Origin: a virus
Lineage: Duplodnaviria; Caudoviricetes
Virus record (IMG/VR): IMGVR_UViG_3300043466_001519
Span: 32,001-96,000 of that record
Strand: one strand, 5' to 3'
Length of the DNA: 64,000 bases
The translations under genes were made by a program, and so were the position numbers. The notes beneath the pieces were generated by a model. That model was not told where the DNA came from, searched no databases, and saw nothing but the letters and a program-made list of their open reading frames with translations. Within the stretch, counting starts at the first letter, position 1. Each line of letters opens with the position of its first letter. Positions 1 through 9,840 of the stretch are shown one piece after another.

Positions 1-232
1 CTCGATCTAAATTATCTACATAGAAACCAATATGATCTTCATCAGCAGTTCTATCATCTGGTTGATGTTGTAAATATGTAGGATCATCATCGTAATCTAC
101 ATAATCAAATGCAAGAGTGACATCATTCCACATAGGAAGTTCATATCTCTCACATATCTCACGAGCTATGTCACAGTCTTCTTGATTATCAACTTGTACA
201 ATAGCTTTGAATATTGAATGTTCTTTTTTCAT
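1..232 (-). CDS. Hypothetical protein, runs off the window edge (MKKEHSIFKAIVQVDNQEDCDIAREICERY...)
   Basis: Read manually: ATG at 232 on the minus strand, open to position 1. Its leader motif matches that of the next gene. Confidence 0.7.
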   Translation of the reverse strand, partial: MKKEHSIFKAIVQVDNQEDCDIAREICERYELPMWNDVTLAFDYVDYDDDPTYLQHQPDDRTADEDHIGFYVDNLDR

Positions 233-260
233 AGTTATTAAGGAATTTAAAATTCATTTA

Positions 261-536
261 TTATATATCACAAGGATAATCATCACAATTACAAACATCA
301 TCATGACTGTGTAATGTACCATGTGAACATTCCCAATCACTCTCCATTATATAATTTATAGGAGAATATTGTTCAAATACTGTTTCTTCAAGAATATAAT
401 ATTTCTCTATAGCATCGTAGTTGATAATATCATCTAAGAATGTATTAGCTAATTCTCTTGTTGTAAACATTTTTCTATTATATGGAGCATAATAATCATC
501 TGTATAATGTTTCCAATGTGCTGTGTATATTTTCAT
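261..536 (-). CDS. Small hypothetical protein with Cys/His-rich C-terminus
   Basis: ORF track, 91 aa; ends CSHGTLHSHDDVCNCDDYPC; AAATCCTTAATAAC leader. Confidence 0.7.
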   Translation of the reverse strand: MKIYTAHWKHYTDDYYAPYNRKMFTTRELANTFLDDIINYDAIEKYYILEETVFEQYSPINYIMESDWECSHGTLHSHDDVCNCDDYPCDI

Positions 537-574
537 GTTATTAAGGATTTGCGGTTGAAGAGCCTATTAATATT

Positions 575-706
575 CTATATATAAAAAGATAATAGATAAA
601 CAATAACAGATCTATCTTCAATAAGAGACTGAAGTTTGTTATAACATCTCTCTAATACTATTTGTTGTTCTATGGCAATTAGCTTTGATTCTATGTATTG
701 TTTCAT
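575..706 (-). CDS. Putative 43-aa protein (MKQYIESKLIAIEQQIVLERCYNKLQSLIEDRSVIVYLLSFYI)
   Basis: Manual translation; AATAAC leader like its neighbours; below the ORF-track size cut-off. Confidence 0.45.
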   Translation of the reverse strand: MKQYIESKLIAIEQQIVLERCYNKLQSLIEDRSVIVYLLSFYI

Positions 707-1020
707 TGTTATTGCTATATATATTTCGTTAGTTGATTGATTTTGGTCATTGATGATTGTGCTTTGTTTATGTCCTTATGTACCCACGTCAACAAGTAAA
801 CACCTATAAACACTACAAAATATTCTACATGTATATTCATTTTACACTGATTCATACATTATTATAAGAATACACTTACAATAACATATGAAAACAGCAT
901 AAAAAGTTTTTTTCTCCCTCGTAGAAAGTTTTGTTTTTACACATTATGTATATATATGTGTTAATTTAGTATACATGAAATGTGTGATGATGATATATAG
1001 ATATATATGAATCAACAGGC

Positions 1021-1395
1021 TTAGTAGCCTGCTAATTCATTATAACTTACAGCATCAAGTTGTTGAATCTCTGTATCATCAACATTACCCAATGCTCTAG
1101 CTTTAGGTGCAACAAAGTAAAGACCATCATTGTCTCCTCTTAGTACAGTAAACCCAAGCAAGTGATTGATTGTAATCTTACCTGCTCTAACAGGTTGCTC
1201 TAAGTCTTTCTCAACACATACAGTGATTGACTTGTTTGTCTCTTCATCAATGAAAGTGACCGAAGGTCGCTTGTCTTTTCTAATGTTAAGGATATAACTT
1301 AATCCTTTAAATAAATCTTTTGCAATACCACTTTCAGTAGTTCCTGTACTTGCTGTTAAGCCTAATTCTTCTCTTGTTTTTAATACGATTTCCAT
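1021..1395 (-). CDS. Hypothetical protein, 124 aa, first gene of the leftward arm
   Basis: ORF track; A-rich leader; hairpin CAGGCT-TAGT-AGCCTG over the stop codon. Confidence 0.8.
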   Translation of the reverse strand: MEIVLKTREELGLTASTGTTESGIAKDLFKGLSYILNIRKDKRPSVTFIDEETNKSITVCVEKDLEQPVRAGKITINHLLGFTVLRGDNDGLYFVAPKARALGNVDDTEIQQLDAVSYNELAGY

Positions 1396-1426
1396 TTTTC
1401 TGTTTTTAAATGTTTATATTAACTAT

Positions 1427-1590
1427 GTAGGGGGTATCCCCACATTCCAAAAACTAGGTGGGGTTGTTGGTTGGAATGGGTCTAACACCCCACACACACA
1501 ATGGGTTTCTAAATTTTGAAAAAAATTTTTGAAAAAAAATTTGGTGGGAACATGAAATGTTTTATACCTTTGGCTGGGTGGGTGGGTATG
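1427..1590. other. GC-rich structured divergent intergenic element (candidate origin, packaging site or leader RNA)
   Basis: GGGG-TAT-CCCC, CATTCCAA/TTGGAATG, GTGGGGT/ACCCCAC, A/T tracts and GGGTGGGTGGG at the strand switch. Confidence 0.45.
1540..1572 (+). promoter_or_regulatory. Bacteroidota-type sigma70 promoter (TTTG-N21-TACCTTTG)
   Basis: Matches the established -33 TTTG / -7 TAnnTTTG consensus. Confidence 0.55.
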
Positions 1591-1654
1591 TCTATGTAAG
1601 AAGATAGTCTTTCATAATATAGCATAGGGATTTAAATATTTCTTTTGTAATGTA

Positions 1655-1684
1655 TTGATTATAAGTTTTTATTATATATCTTTG
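1655..1684 (+). promoter_or_regulatory. Bacteroidota-type promoter (TTG-N19-TATCTTTG) for the rightward operon
   Basis: Consensus match ending 24 nt upstream of the ATG at 1709. Confidence 0.7.
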
Positions 1685-1708
1685 TCTTTATAATGTCAAA
1701 ACTAAATT

Positions 1709-2113
1709 ATGAGTCAAACAAAGATTATAGTACAAAGACTAAAGAAAGAGACATATAGTGATATGGAATTAGCTATAAAGTATTATTCTATTCTATCTGC
1801 TATAAACACTCTTCATCTAACTGAAAGAGAAATTCAACTTATTTCTTTTACAGCTATTAAAGGAAACATTACATATGCTAATGTAAGAGAAGAATTCTGT
1901 AAGACATACAATACAACATCTCCTACAATTAATAACATTATTTCTAAGTTGAAGAAGATAGGTATATTTGTGAAGGAGAATGGAAAGGTGAAGGTGAATC
2001 CTGTCATTGTTATTGATTTCAAGAAAGATTTAATGTTAGATATAAAACTAGTACATGGAGAAACCACAATCAATGTCAATGAAGGAGTGGATCATCAAGA
2101 AGATGTCCATTAA
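1709..2113 (+). CDS. Winged-helix DNA-binding protein (MarR/RepL-like)
   Basis: LTEREIQLI...TSPTINNIISKLKKIGIFVKENGKVKVNP resembles a wHTH. Confidence 0.6.
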   Translation: MSQTKIIVQRLKKETYSDMELAIKYYSILSAINTLHLTEREIQLISFTAIKGNITYANVREEFCKTYNTTSPTINNIISKLKKIGIFVKENGKVKVNPVIVIDFKKDLMLDIKLVHGETTINVNEGVDHQEDVH

Positions 2114-2444
2114 TATGGTGATATCAGAGAAGGTGATTGACGCTATTGTTGTACATCAATTTGATTCAGCTAATGATGCTTTGAATATACATAAGAGTGT
2201 AGAGATTTCTGGATTTGGAAAATTCTATTTCAATGATAAGAAAGCTCTTGCACAATATAATAAGTTATTAGCTATCAAAAAGGCATATGAAAGAATGCTT
2301 TCAGATGAGAACATTACAGCTACAAAAAAGAATGCTGTAGAATTTAAATTACAAATATTAGAATCTAGTATAAAGACACTAAAACCAAAAATCAATGAGT
2401 CTGAATCAAATGATCGAGGGATGGAAGAATCATCTTCTTCCTGA
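2055..2444 (+). CDS. HU/IHF-like DNA-binding protein
   Basis: SVEISGFGKF resembles the HU/IHF VxIxGFGxF signature; IHF-like genes are typical of crAss-like phages. Confidence 0.6.
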   Translation: MEKPQSMSMKEWIIKKMSINMVISEKVIDAIVVHQFDSANDALNIHKSVEISGFGKFYFNDKKALAQYNKLLAIKKAYERMLSDENITATKKNAVEFKLQILESSIKTLKPKINESESNDRGMEESSSS

Positions 2445-2676
2445 AGAAAGAAAAAGAGCTTTTATAGAACACGTTAGTTCTACAAGATTAGCTACATGTA
2501 ACGAATGTGAAGAACATTCTTCTAATAAGAAAGAGTATAAGAGCTTAAGGCTAGATGCACATTGCACAAATTGTGGATGTACGTTAGCTGCAAAGACTAA
2601 ATGTTTAACCTGTGAATGTCCATTAAAGAAATGGCTTCCACAACCAATGCCAGAAGACAATGGATCCACTACGTAA
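2395..2676 (+). CDS. Cys-rich zinc-binding protein
   Basis: CNEC, CTNCGC, CLTCECPLKKW. Confidence 0.7.
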   Translation: MSLNQMIEGWKNHLLPEERKRAFIEHVSSTRLATCNECEEHSSNKKEYKSLRLDAHCTNCGCTLAAKTKCLTCECPLKKWLPQPMPEDNGSTT

Positions 2677-2932
2677 AATTCCTTTGGAAATGCTTATTCA
2701 AATTCTTCAAGAGCTCTACGATGGTGGAGCTGATTATGTTGATATATCAGGAGACACAGATGTTGATGGTGTTCCAAGAGATACAATTAAGATTACAGTG
2801 AAGCCTGAATACATATCTGATATAGATGATGGTCTAACTTTAGAACAAGAACTAACTATGGAGTGGACAGAAGAAGATGATGATGACCAACCATCAGGTC
2901 TTTCTGACGAGGATATAAATGATTTAATATAA
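2660..2932 (+). CDS. Acidic hypothetical protein
   Basis: ORF track, 90 aa, in a tightly overlapping gene run. Confidence 0.7.
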   Translation: MDPLRKIPLEMLIQILQELYDGGADYVDISGDTDVDGVPRDTIKITVKPEYISDIDDGLTLEQELTMEWTEEDDDDQPSGLSDEDINDLI

Positions 2933-3207
2933 TGGCAAAACCAAACTACTATAGCCAAATTACAAAAACGCTCAATCGTTTACAAAAGGCCTATCCAACA
3001 TACAATATGGGAAGACATCTCTCAACAGCATTGTATGAATATAATGACCTTTGGGGTGTAAGTGATAAAGAGCTTCTTCTTGCTTTAGAGAAATATGAAA
3101 TAGAGCTTAACATAGATTATCCACATGAAGATGAAGATGATTTAAAGAAGATAATAAAAGGTGGCATGAATTTAGAAAGAATGTTCCTTGAGGAAGACGA
3201 GGACTAA
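2932..3207 (+). CDS. Hypothetical protein
   Basis: 91 aa; TAATG stop/start overlap with the previous gene. Confidence 0.75.
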   Translation: MAKPNYYSQITKTLNRLQKAYPTYNMGRHLSTALYEYNDLWGVSDKELLLALEKYEIELNIDYPHEDEDDLKKIIKGGMNLERMFLEEDED

Positions 3208-3220
3208 TAAAAACTACATA

Positions 3221-3553
3221 ATGGCAGTAAAAAAGAACACATATATCAATACAGAACTTGATTGGGCAGAACAGCAACTATCAAGTTGGAAAGAATACGT
3301 TGATGCAAATCCATTACATCTATTAAAAGATAGAATAGAATGGAAACCAACAGCTAAAGGAGGAATGTTACCTATGGTGATAGCCTCTATCGAGTCTCAA
3401 GGTAAGTTTGTTCAGGAAACAATGAAGAACTATTTAGCTCTTCTTGAACAAGTAGATAAGTTACGTGAGAAAGAAGAAGCAAAAGCAGTGCCTGTAAGAG
3501 GTGGTGTTGAACTAGGAAGTATGGCAGAGGATTTCTTAAAAGGACGTAAATAA
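3221..3553 (+). CDS. Putative terminase small subunit (start corrected to ATG 3221, MAVKKNTY)
   Basis: Helical protein with C-terminal VRGG, two genes upstream of TerL; AACTACAT leader. Function inferred from position. Confidence 0.5.
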   Translation: MAVKKNTYINTELDWAEQQLSSWKEYVDANPLHLLKDRIEWKPTAKGGMLPMVIASIESQGKFVQETMKNYLALLEQVDKLREKEEAKAVPVRGGVELGSMAEDFLKGRK

Positions 3554-3783
3554 TGAATACACCAAAAATAAGTCTTAAAATTATAAGACATGAGTATGTT
3601 AAAAACTTATTAGGAGATTCTTACGATGAACATTCTAATCCTTTTCCAAAAGTAGTTAATGTAGGAACATATACATTAGCTCATATGGAAGGTATGCAAG
3701 AATCCTTAAGTCAAGAAGAGGATGTAACGTCTATTATTGAATATTTAGAAGAAGATGTTCTTAATTTTGAAAATATAAGATAA
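3553..3783 (+). CDS. Small hypothetical protein between the TerS candidate and TerL
   Basis: 76 aa; TAATG overlaps on both sides. Confidence 0.65.
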   Translation: MNTPKISLKIIRHEYVKNLLGDSYDEHSNPFPKVVNVGTYTLAHMEGMQESLSQEEDVTSIIEYLEEDVLNFENIR

Positions 3784-5810
3784 TGATGAACGGATTACAA
3801 AGTATTGATTACAAAGACTGGTTTATTAACCAGAAAAGAGTTCCCAGTAAGGATTCAGAAGAGTATAAAGAATTCTATGCTTTCCATAAACAATTATGTA
3901 TGGATGGTTGTATGATGGGAGGCGTGTACATCAATCCTTTTTTATATTGGCATTTGAACTTCTGGAACACAGAGGTGGATGTTATAGATGATCGTGGTAG
4001 AATATCACAAAAATATGCCAATCCTTATCTACGTGATAATGAGTGGATTATAACAAATGAAATAGATAGAGCACATAACGAAAAGAAAGGCCTAGTAATT
4101 CTAGGAATCAGACGTTTAGCTAAGTCAGTAATTGAGAGTTCTTACATAGGTCTTGGAGCTACATTTGATGAAAACTCCCAGAACATTATTGCAGGATTGA
4201 ATGCTCCCGATATAAAGCTTATCACAGATAAGATTGACAAAGGACTTAACTTCTTACCAGAAGCCTGGAGATGGCAGAGAGTGGAAGACAATTGGAAAAA
4301 CCAAGTTACATTAGGAATCAAGACAAAAGCTGGAGAGAGAATACCGTTCTCTCAGATTCTTATTCGTAACTTAGATGGTGGTAACAATGAAGAGGCTATT
4401 GCAGGTACTAAGCCAAGAAGGCTTATTATTGATGAGATAGGTAAAGGTAACTTCTTGAGAGGTTTTCAAGCAGCTGTTCCTGGTTTTACAACACCATTTG
4501 GTTGGGGATGTAGCCCTATTCTTACAGGTACAGGTGGAGATATGCAGAATTTCATGGACGCAAAAAGCTTAATGTTTGATGTGGCCAATTTTAACTTCTT
4601 AGAATACAATAGTGCTAAGGATGAACAAAGAATCCATGGACTATTTATTTCACATAAATATAGAATGGAAGCTAAAGAGCCTTCTTCTTTAGGTGCTTTT
4701 TTAGAACAACCAGTAGGTTCAGATTTACATAATGTAAGTATGTTAGTTTCTAATGAAGAAACAGCAGACAAAATTACAAACGAAAATCTTGAGAGATTAA
4801 AGAAAGCTGGTGATAGACTAGCTTATTTAAAAGAAAAAATGTACTACCCACAAGAAGTGGATGATATATTCTTAAATGAGGATACAAACATATTTGATAT
4901 TGAAGCAGCTAAACGTCAGAAATCCAGACTGTTAATGCAAGAAAGAACAGGAACACCTGTTGTTCTATATGATGATGGTCAAGGAGTGAAACATGAGTTC
5001 ACAGATAAACTTCCTATATCAAATTTCCCTCTTAAGAATAGTGACATGAAAGATGCTCCTGTAGTGATATATGAGTTTCCTGTTGATAGTCCTCCATATG
5101 GATTATATGTAGCAGGAATTGACCCTTATAGACAAGGTAAGTCTGCATATTCAAGTTCATTAGGATCTGTCTATATATACAAACGTATGCATGCTATTTC
5201 TGGAGAGAAGTATCAAGATATGTTTGTGGCCAGCTATTGTGCTAGACCAGACAAGAAAGAAACATGGGAAGAACAAGCTAGATATCTAATCAAGTATTAT
5301 AATGCTAGAGCTTTATGTGAGAATGATGAAATATCTTTCATAGACTATATGATAGCTAAAGGAGACTCTCATTATTTAGAAAGACAACCAGATTGGTTAA
5401 AAGAAATAGTTCCAAACACCACTGTAAGAAGAGATTTTGGAATACATAGATCTTCTGAGAAAATACGAGACTTCTTACATGGAGCATTGAAGAAGTATAC
5501 AGAAGAAGCTATACATGTAGAGAAAGATGAAGATGGAAACATTATATCAGAGATAAAAGGTATGTCAAAGATATTTGATCCTGTCTTGTTAGAAGAGATG
5601 ATCCAATATAATGAACAAGGTAACTTTGACCGTATAATTGCTGCAGAGCTTGCAATAGCTTTAGCGATGAAACTAGATCCAATTATGGGAAAAATAGGTG
5701 GAGAGGAAGATGTAAGAATTAAATCAATGTTCACTAAGAACAAAAAGAATATGCTGTTCACAGAGAGCAGATCAATGTTTAACTCACCAAAAAATAAAAT
5801 GTTTAGATAA
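3783..5810 (+). CDS. terL: Terminase large subunit
   Basis: Walker A-like GIRRLAKS, Walker B LIIDEIG, motif III GTGG, RNase H-like AGIDPY and NFDRI; directly upstream of the portal. Confidence 0.95.
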   Translation: MMNGLQSIDYKDWFINQKRVPSKDSEEYKEFYAFHKQLCMDGCMMGGVYINPFLYWHLNFWNTEVDVIDDRGRISQKYANPYLRDNEWIITNEIDRAHNEKKGLVILGIRRLAKSVIESSYIGLGATFDENSQNIIAGLNAPDIKLITDKIDKGLNFLPEAWRWQRVEDNWKNQVTLGIKTKAGERIPFSQILIRNLDGGNNEEAIAGTKPRRLIIDEIGKGNFLRGFQAAVPGFTTPFGWGCSPILTGTGGDMQNFMDAKSLMFDVANFNFLEYNSAKDEQRIHGLFISHKYRMEAKEPSSLGAFLEQPVGSDLHNVSMLVSNEETADKITNENLERLKKAGDRLAYLKEKMYYPQEVDDIFLNEDTNIFDIEAAKRQKSRLLMQERTGTPVVLYDDGQGVKHEFTDKLPISNFPLKNSDMKDAPVVIYEFPVDSPPYGLYVAGIDPYRQGKSAYSSSLGSVYIYKRMHAISGEKYQDMFVASYCARPDKKETWEEQARYLIKYYNARALCENDEISFIDYMIAKGDSHYLERQPDWLKEIVPNTTVRRDFGIHRSSEKIRDFLHGALKKYTEEAIHVEKDEDGNIISEIKGMSKIFDPVLLEEMIQYNEQGNFDRIIAAELAIALAMKLDPIMGKIGGEEDVRIKSMFTKNKKNMLFTESRSMFNSPKNKMFR

Positions 5811-5811
5811 C

Positions 5812-8397
5812 ATGGCAATAATTAGATATACAAAAGATGCAACAATCAGGTATGCATACTTAAACATCTTTCCTGATCAGTTTAAGACAGAGAAAGAAAA
5901 GCAAGACGAGAGTTGGATCAAGAACACAATGGATTATTTCTCCAACAAAGCATATGCTGAATATGTAAAGAATAGAGATACATTTGTTAAGAATTACGAT
6001 CTTATGAAAGGCATTCTTCGTATGGAAGATTTCTATCAAGAACCAGAGGTGAGAAGCTTTACAGATGTGTTAACATCTGATTTAGAACTTCCTGCTTATG
6101 TAAAGATGTATTCTATTATCACTACTCCTGTAAATGAATTGGTAGGAGAAATCAGCAAAAGACCTGATACATTTAGAGTGAAAGCTTTTGATGAGGATAG
6201 TCAATCAGAAGAGTTACAGTTTAAAACAGATACATTACAACAATATGTAATGAGTCAAGCTAGACAACAAATCATGGCAAAAGCTGCTATGGAAGGAAAT
6301 GAAATTCCTGAAGAAGAACTTGAACAAATGACAATGCAACAAGTTCAAGATCAGTTAGATAGCTACACTTCTGTTGCTGAAAAATGGGCAAACCACATTC
6401 TTACTTGTCAAAAAGCTGAATTCAATTTAAAAGAAAAATCAGAAGATGCATTCAGAGACATGCTTATTTCTGCTAGACAATTTTATCACATATATGAAGA
6501 CAACTCGAAACTTGGTTTCAACATCGAAGTGGCTAACCCAAAGAACACCTGGTTTCTTACTACTCCTGATAGAAAATGGATATCTGATCCCACAGGTAGA
6601 GCTCAGGGAGCCTATGCTGCTGGTACAGTACAAGTTATGGAGCTTTCAGAGATCATTGAAAGCATACCAGATCTTACGAAAGAGGAAATCGATCACTTAC
6701 GTTCATCGTTACAAGACTATGGATTAATCAATGTTAGAGAATCTAATCTTGGTAACCCAGATGCTATTCCTGGACAAGATTCTGTAATGTACGATACATT
6801 TGACCCTCTTGTTCTTCAGACACGTATGATTATAGAATCAGAAATGAAAGAGAACAATGATGGATTAAAAGACTTCTTAGGTTTAACTAATAACGTAAGT
6901 TCATTTGGTTATAAATATGTTGTTGTGCGTTCTTATTGGATTTCTAAAAGAAAGATAGGTAAGCTTATTTATATAGATGAGATGGGTAATGAACAATCTA
7001 TGCTTGTTGATGAAACTTATAAATCAGGCACAATGCCTACACAACAATCATTAGAATGGGGATGGATTAATGAATGGTATCAAGGAACTAAGATTGGACC
7101 AGACATCTATCACATTAAACCATTCAAGCTTTTAAACTATTGTCCTATTATAGGAACAACATATGAGGTGAAGAACACAGAAGCTAAAAGCTTAGTTGAT
7201 CTTATGAAACCTTTCCAAGTGTTATATAACGTATGTATGAACCAATTGTACAAACTTCTTGAGAAAGAAGTGGGTAAGGTTCAACTTATGTCATTAAGAC
7301 ATATTCCTATTCCTAAAGATGGAGATGCACAAGATGCTCTTGACATATGGGAAATGGAAGCACGTAACAGAGGAGTGGTATTTATTGATGACTCTCCAGA
7401 AAACATGAAGAGTCCTAGTTCATTTAATCAGTTTACAGCTCTTGATCTTACACGTACGCAGGAGATACAATCTAGATATACATTAGCACAACAACTTAAA
7501 GCTGAGTGTTGGGAACTTGTAGGTATGTCTAAACAACGTATGGGATCAATAGCTGCATCAGAAAGTGCTACAGGTACTAACACTGCTATGCAACAAAGTT
7601 ATTCTCAGACAGAGCCTCTATTTGTGGCACATGAATATGTAATGGGACAATTGTACCAAGCTATCATAGATGCTGCTCTTTATGTAGAATCATCTAAGCC
7701 ACAATCTACACTTTCATATATTACAAATGAAGGAGAAGCTGCCTTTGTACAAGTGAATGGATCAGATCTTAAATTCCGTGACTTGAAAGTATTCTTAACT
7801 AATAGACCTGAAGATACACAAATGTTTAATGAGCTTCGTCAATTGGCACAACCTTTGATGCAGAATGGTGGTTCATTATACGATGTTATTGAGCTTTACA
7901 GCACTAAGTCTATGAGAGAAATGAAGAAAACATTCAAAGACCTTAGAGATCAACAACTTGCTCAACAACAACAAGCTCAACAACTTGAACAACAAAAAGT
8001 TGAACAACAAGCTCAACAAGCACAAGCTCAAATGCAACAAGCTATTCAAATGAAACAAGCTGATCAAGCTCATGAGGATTACCAAAACGAACTTGATAGA
8101 ATCAATAAGAAAGAAGTTGCTCTTATTAACGCATTAGGTAGAAATGAAAATGCAGCAGCTGATGTTGATAATTCAGGAGTGGCTGATGCTTTAGAAGTTA
8201 GTAAATTATCAAATGATCAATCTAAAGCTGCTCAAGCATATCAATTAAAAATGCAAGAGATACAAGTTAAATCAAAAGAATCTAGCGACAAGAAGCAAAT
8301 AGAAATGGAGAAAATTGCTGTAGCTAGAGAGAATATGGTAAACGATCTTGCTGTTGCTAAAGAGAACGCAAAGGGTAGAAATAACAAAAAAGGTTAA
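5812..8397 (+). CDS. Portal protein (crAss-like)
   Basis: 861 aa after TerL; SLVDLMKPFQVLYN and LVGMSKQRMG motifs; Gln-rich coiled-coil barrel. Confidence 0.9.
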   Translation: MAIIRYTKDATIRYAYLNIFPDQFKTEKEKQDESWIKNTMDYFSNKAYAEYVKNRDTFVKNYDLMKGILRMEDFYQEPEVRSFTDVLTSDLELPAYVKMYSIITTPVNELVGEISKRPDTFRVKAFDEDSQSEELQFKTDTLQQYVMSQARQQIMAKAAMEGNEIPEEELEQMTMQQVQDQLDSYTSVAEKWANHILTCQKAEFNLKEKSEDAFRDMLISARQFYHIYEDNSKLGFNIEVANPKNTWFLTTPDRKWISDPTGRAQGAYAAGTVQVMELSEIIESIPDLTKEEIDHLRSSLQDYGLINVRESNLGNPDAIPGQDSVMYDTFDPLVLQTRMIIESEMKENNDGLKDFLGLTNNVSSFGYKYVVVRSYWISKRKIGKLIYIDEMGNEQSMLVDETYKSGTMPTQQSLEWGWINEWYQGTKIGPDIYHIKPFKLLNYCPIIGTTYEVKNTEAKSLVDLMKPFQVLYNVCMNQLYKLLEKEVGKVQLMSLRHIPIPKDGDAQDALDIWEMEARNRGVVFIDDSPENMKSPSSFNQFTALDLTRTQEIQSRYTLAQQLKAECWELVGMSKQRMGSIAASESATGTNTAMQQSYSQTEPLFVAHEYVMGQLYQAIIDAALYVESSKPQSTLSYITNEGEAAFVQVNGSDLKFRDLKVFLTNRPEDTQMFNELRQLAQPLMQNGGSLYDVIELYSTKSMREMKKTFKDLRDQQLAQQQQAQQLEQQKVEQQAQQAQAQMQQAIQMKQADQAHEDYQNELDRINKKEVALINALGRNENAAADVDNSGVADALEVSKLSNDQSKAAQAYQLKMQEIQVKSKESSDKKQIEMEKIAVARENMVNDLAVAKENAKGRNNKKG

Positions 8398-8404
8398 AAA
8401 AGTT

Positions 8405-8422
8405 GCCCCTCTTCGGAGGGGT
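8405..8422. terminator. Hairpin CCCCTC-TTCG-GAGGGG after the portal gene
   Basis: Perfect 6-bp stem with a cUUCGg tetraloop; the U-tract is on the minus strand only. Confidence 0.6.
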
Positions 8423-8477
8423 AAATAATATTAATGCTATATTATCTGGAAAATTGGATCACATTGATGCATATTCC

Positions 8478-8508
8478 TTTGATATTAAAAACTCTTATTA
8501 TACTTTTA
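8478..8508 (+). promoter_or_regulatory. Promoter TTTG-N19-TACTTTTA for the capsid operon
   Basis: Near-consensus Bacteroidota promoter, with ATGCTATATTAT at 8434-8445 upstream. Confidence 0.55.
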
Positions 8509-8539
8509 CATAATAAACCAAACATAAATACAACTACAT

Positions 8540-9802
8540 ATGGCTGATAATTTAGAAACTATGGGTAACTTTAGTATTCAAGATACTATGGAAATGGGTA
8601 TGGGTAACCAAGAATTGCTTCAAGGATTATTCGAACCTGAGACAGCATCTTCTAATCCAGATGATGTTCAACCTATTATTAAAAACGCAGATGCTCCTGC
8701 TGCACCAGATGCACCAGCAGTACCAAAAGGTAAGGACATTGTTCCTCCTAAAAGCGTTGATGGTAAAACAGATGAAGAAAAACAAGAAGGACAATCAATG
8801 ATTTCTGATTTCTTGAGTGATTCTGAAGATGATGATGAAGATGATACACCTGCTCCAGCAAAACCTGCAAAAGCTACAGAAGCTGCTGCTGATGGAGATG
8901 AGGATGAACCACAAGGTACACAATTCACTGCTCTTGCAAACGATCTTTATAAATTAGGAGTGTTTACTTCTGATGAAGATGAAGATCCACAACCAATTTC
9001 CACTGCAGAAGAGTTCTTAGAACGATTCAATGAAGAAAAGAAGAAAGGTGCAATTGAAACAGTTAATAATTTCATAGGACAATTTGGAGAAGATTATCAA
9101 CAAGCATTTGAAGCCATATTTGTAAAAGGAGTTAATCCTAAAGAGTATTTTGGAACTTACAATCAAGTAGTTAGTTTTGCTGAAATGGATCTTAGTGATG
9201 AAGATAATCAAGCAAGAGTAGTGAGACAAGCATTATTAGATCAAGGATTTGATAATGAAGATATTGATACAGAGATTGAAAGATTTAAAAATTATGGTGA
9301 TCTTGAAAGCGTAGCTACTAAACATCACAAGGTGTTAGTTAAAAAAGAAGCAGTTAAGTTGCAACAAATGGAAGTTAAGGCTGAACAAGAATTACAACAA
9401 AAAGCACAAATTAGAAATCAATACATTAAGAACGTTCAAGACATTCTTAATGATAAAATAAAATCAAAAGAGTTTGATGGTATTCCTATCAATCCAAAAT
9501 TAGCAGGCGAACTACAAGACTTCTTATTAGTTGATAAGTGGAAAACTCCTTCAGGAGAAACTCTTACAGACTTTGATCGTGCTATTCTGGATATGAAAAG
9601 ACCAGAGAATCATGCAATGAAAGTTAAGTTAGGACTCATCATGAAGATGTTAGAAAAAGATCCTACATTATCAACTATACAAAAAACAGGTGTGACTAAA
9701 AAGTCTAACGAGTTATTTGGAGAAGTTGCAAGACAAGTAACTAAAGTTAAATCAACTGGAGCTACTGGTTCAAAATCTAATCCTAATTCATGGTTCTTAT
9801 AA
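8540..9802 (+). CDS. Capsid scaffolding-like protein (conserved crAss gene between portal and MCP)
   Basis: Acidic disordered N-half and helical C-half; canonical position. Confidence 0.7.
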   Translation: MADNLETMGNFSIQDTMEMGMGNQELLQGLFEPETASSNPDDVQPIIKNADAPAAPDAPAVPKGKDIVPPKSVDGKTDEEKQEGQSMISDFLSDSEDDDEDDTPAPAKPAKATEAAADGDEDEPQGTQFTALANDLYKLGVFTSDEDEDPQPISTAEEFLERFNEEKKKGAIETVNNFIGQFGEDYQQAFEAIFVKGVNPKEYFGTYNQVVSFAEMDLSDEDNQARVVRQALLDQGFDNEDIDTEIERFKNYGDLESVATKHHKVLVKKEAVKLQQMEVKAEQELQQKAQIRNQYIKNVQDILNDKIKSKEFDGIPINPKLAGELQDFLLVDKWKTPSGETLTDFDRAILDMKRPENHAMKVKLGLIMKMLEKDPTLSTIQKTGVTKKSNELFGEVARQVTKVKSTGATGSKSNPNSWFL

Positions 9803-9840
9803 CAAAACAAATTAATAATTAACAAAAAAACGAATAAACA

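Noticed and set aside
7950-8070. CAA-rich poly-Gln stretch in the portal
   Set aside because: An ordinary Gln-rich coiled-coil barrel of podophage portals.
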